Shown piece after piece: positions 22,811-24,086 of a stretch of 24,086 bases of DNA; the stretch's first letter is position 1; each line of letters begins with the position of its first letter. The DNA lies in NCBI GenBank assembly GCA_964035545.1, contig CAXIUT010000036.1:1-24086 (forward strand), given 5' to 3'. Below the pieces are notes generated by a model. It made no database searches and was not told where the DNA came from. It saw only the letters and a list, made by a program, of their open reading frames with translations. This DNA is from Bugula neritina (taxonomy: Eukaryota > Animalia > Bryozoa). Position numbers and translations under genes: made by a program.

Positions 22811-23742
22811 CATAGGAGCTTGTTGGCCAGTTATGATTGTAGAAGGAAATTTATTTATAGAACGATGTTATAAAGTAAATAGATTTTTAAATTTTAGCTT
22901 GCTTAGTTTCATGCAAAATAAAGCATATTCCAGCAATTACAGGCCTGCAATCTTAAATTAAGGCAGAAAAGACACCAAGATTCCAATATTTATGAGTCTA
23001 TTAAATATTTTATTGAGTAACTATAGTTTCAAACTGATTGCATATCTTATATGTAATATCGAAACTAAGACAATCCCCAAACATATTTCAATATTTCATC
23101 ATTTTTTGAGTACTTATAAATAGAACATTAGGCAAGACACGACCTTTATCCCAACTTATAATCAACAATAGCACTCCTTATTTTAACTACCTTAAAAAAA
23201 GAAAAAAAGTTGCTTATTGAGTATGTTTTGTCTCAAATAATAAAATCTTTTCTTATGAAGCTTAAATTTATTGCAAATAATTATTGATGCAGAAGGCATA
23301 TCTCAAGTAAGGTTGTTTTTGATTCATGTAGTTGATGAAATTATTATTCCTCTCCATGCTTTTCATATTTTGGATGATAACTATGAATATTATGAAATTT
23401 TTTGTTTCTAAGAACTTTTTAAATTTCACGATCATTTTGAGTTTCAATGATTAAGTAACTTAAAACAGCTTTGCAGTTTAGAATAGTACATTTAATAGAT
23501 GCATATTTTTTGTTGGTATTACAATGAAATCGTGCTCTTTAACAACCGATTCCTTCTTTAATGGTTGTCTTTAGATCAGATGAACTCTGAAATAATCTTT
23601 CTTTGAACTAAATATTTGGAAATTCAAAGAGAACTTAATCTTAATTTTTTTGAAACACCTTCAAACTACTCTTATCCAGAAAAAAGATCTAATTTTAATC
23701 TATTTCATTTGCTCTTGGCAATCCCTAATATTATCTCCTCAT
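22810..23742 (-). mobile_element. Degenerate Mutator-like (MULE/FAR1-type) transposase fragment
   Basis: The ORF 23742-23233 encodes a MuDR/WRKY-like finger (LFQSSSDLKTTIK...IKCTILNCKAVL...HNIHSYH). It is followed by FGDCLSFDITYK (23081-23046; FGDVxxFDTTY-like, first catalytic D at 23060-23058), YWNLGVFSAL...IAGICFILHET and FPSTIITGQQAPM (PxxIITDQDxAM-like, D>G at 22828-22826). There is an in-frame TGA at 23090-23088 plus frameshifts. No TIRs were identified. Confidence 0.82.
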
Positions 23743-24005
23743 TTATAGTTCTACTATGTTTATGTTAGATTATTGTCGAATAATAGTGATAAATGAAAAT
23801 GATCAAAGACGAGAGCATTCAAAAATAAAAGCTAGAAAATATTATTACTATTTTTAATTAATAAAAATATTTTACCAATCAATCTATCATTACTATTAGT
23901 ATCATTTAGCAGTATTATTTAAATTATTATATTTATCATATTCTTTTAATTTATCATTCTTTCGATTTGATAATCGTGATTTAGAATTTGATATTAGTTT
24001 ATACC

Positions 24006-24086
24006 GGGGTTGGGGTTGGGGTTGGGGTTGGGGTTGGGGTTGGGGTTGGGGTTGGGGTTGGGGTTGGGGTTGGGGTTGGGGTTGGG
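24006..24086 (-). repeat. Right telomere, (GGGGTT)n, 81 nt
   Basis: Perfect G4T2 repeats to the end of the window. Confidence 0.99.

Larger units (their letters stand above)
1..24086. other. Complete telomere-capped ciliate macronuclear chromosome (probably peritrich; TAA/TAG = Glu, TGA = stop)
   Basis: (CCCCAA)n at the left end and (GGGGTT)n at the right end. Long genes are open only if TAR is read as sense, and they end in TGA. TAR aligns with GAA/GAG in TPR repeats and TLDc paralogs. Confidence 0.9.

Overview
This is a complete telomere-to-telomere ciliate macronuclear chromosome (24 kb, very AT-rich) with C4A2/G4T2 telomeres. The supplied standard-code ORF track is misleading. Hand alignment of repeats and paralogs shows that TAA/TAG are sense codons aligning with GAA/GAG, so TAR = Glu and TGA is the only stop. 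That is the peritrich nuclear code (NCBI table 30), so the source is most likely a peritrich. Contents: (1) a ~6.5 kb gene with ~26 TPR repeats and a divergent C-terminal protein-kinase-like domain, interrupted by several single-base indels; (2) four paralogs with a Cys-rich B-box-like finger, a helical/coiled-coil region and a TLDc domain (two intact, one with a single homopolymer frameshift, one inverted pseudogene), whose TLDc halves are nearly identical except at clustered hypervariable codons; (3) a ~4 kb segmental duplication carrying arrestin-domain pseudogenes; (4) an internal 81-nt telomere tract that replaces exactly 81 nt of the paralogous sequence, marking an alternative fragmentation site; (5) a decayed Mutator-like (MULE) transposase beside the right telomere. 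All translation and alignment was done by eye. Pseudogene and duplication boundaries are approximate and no database search was run.
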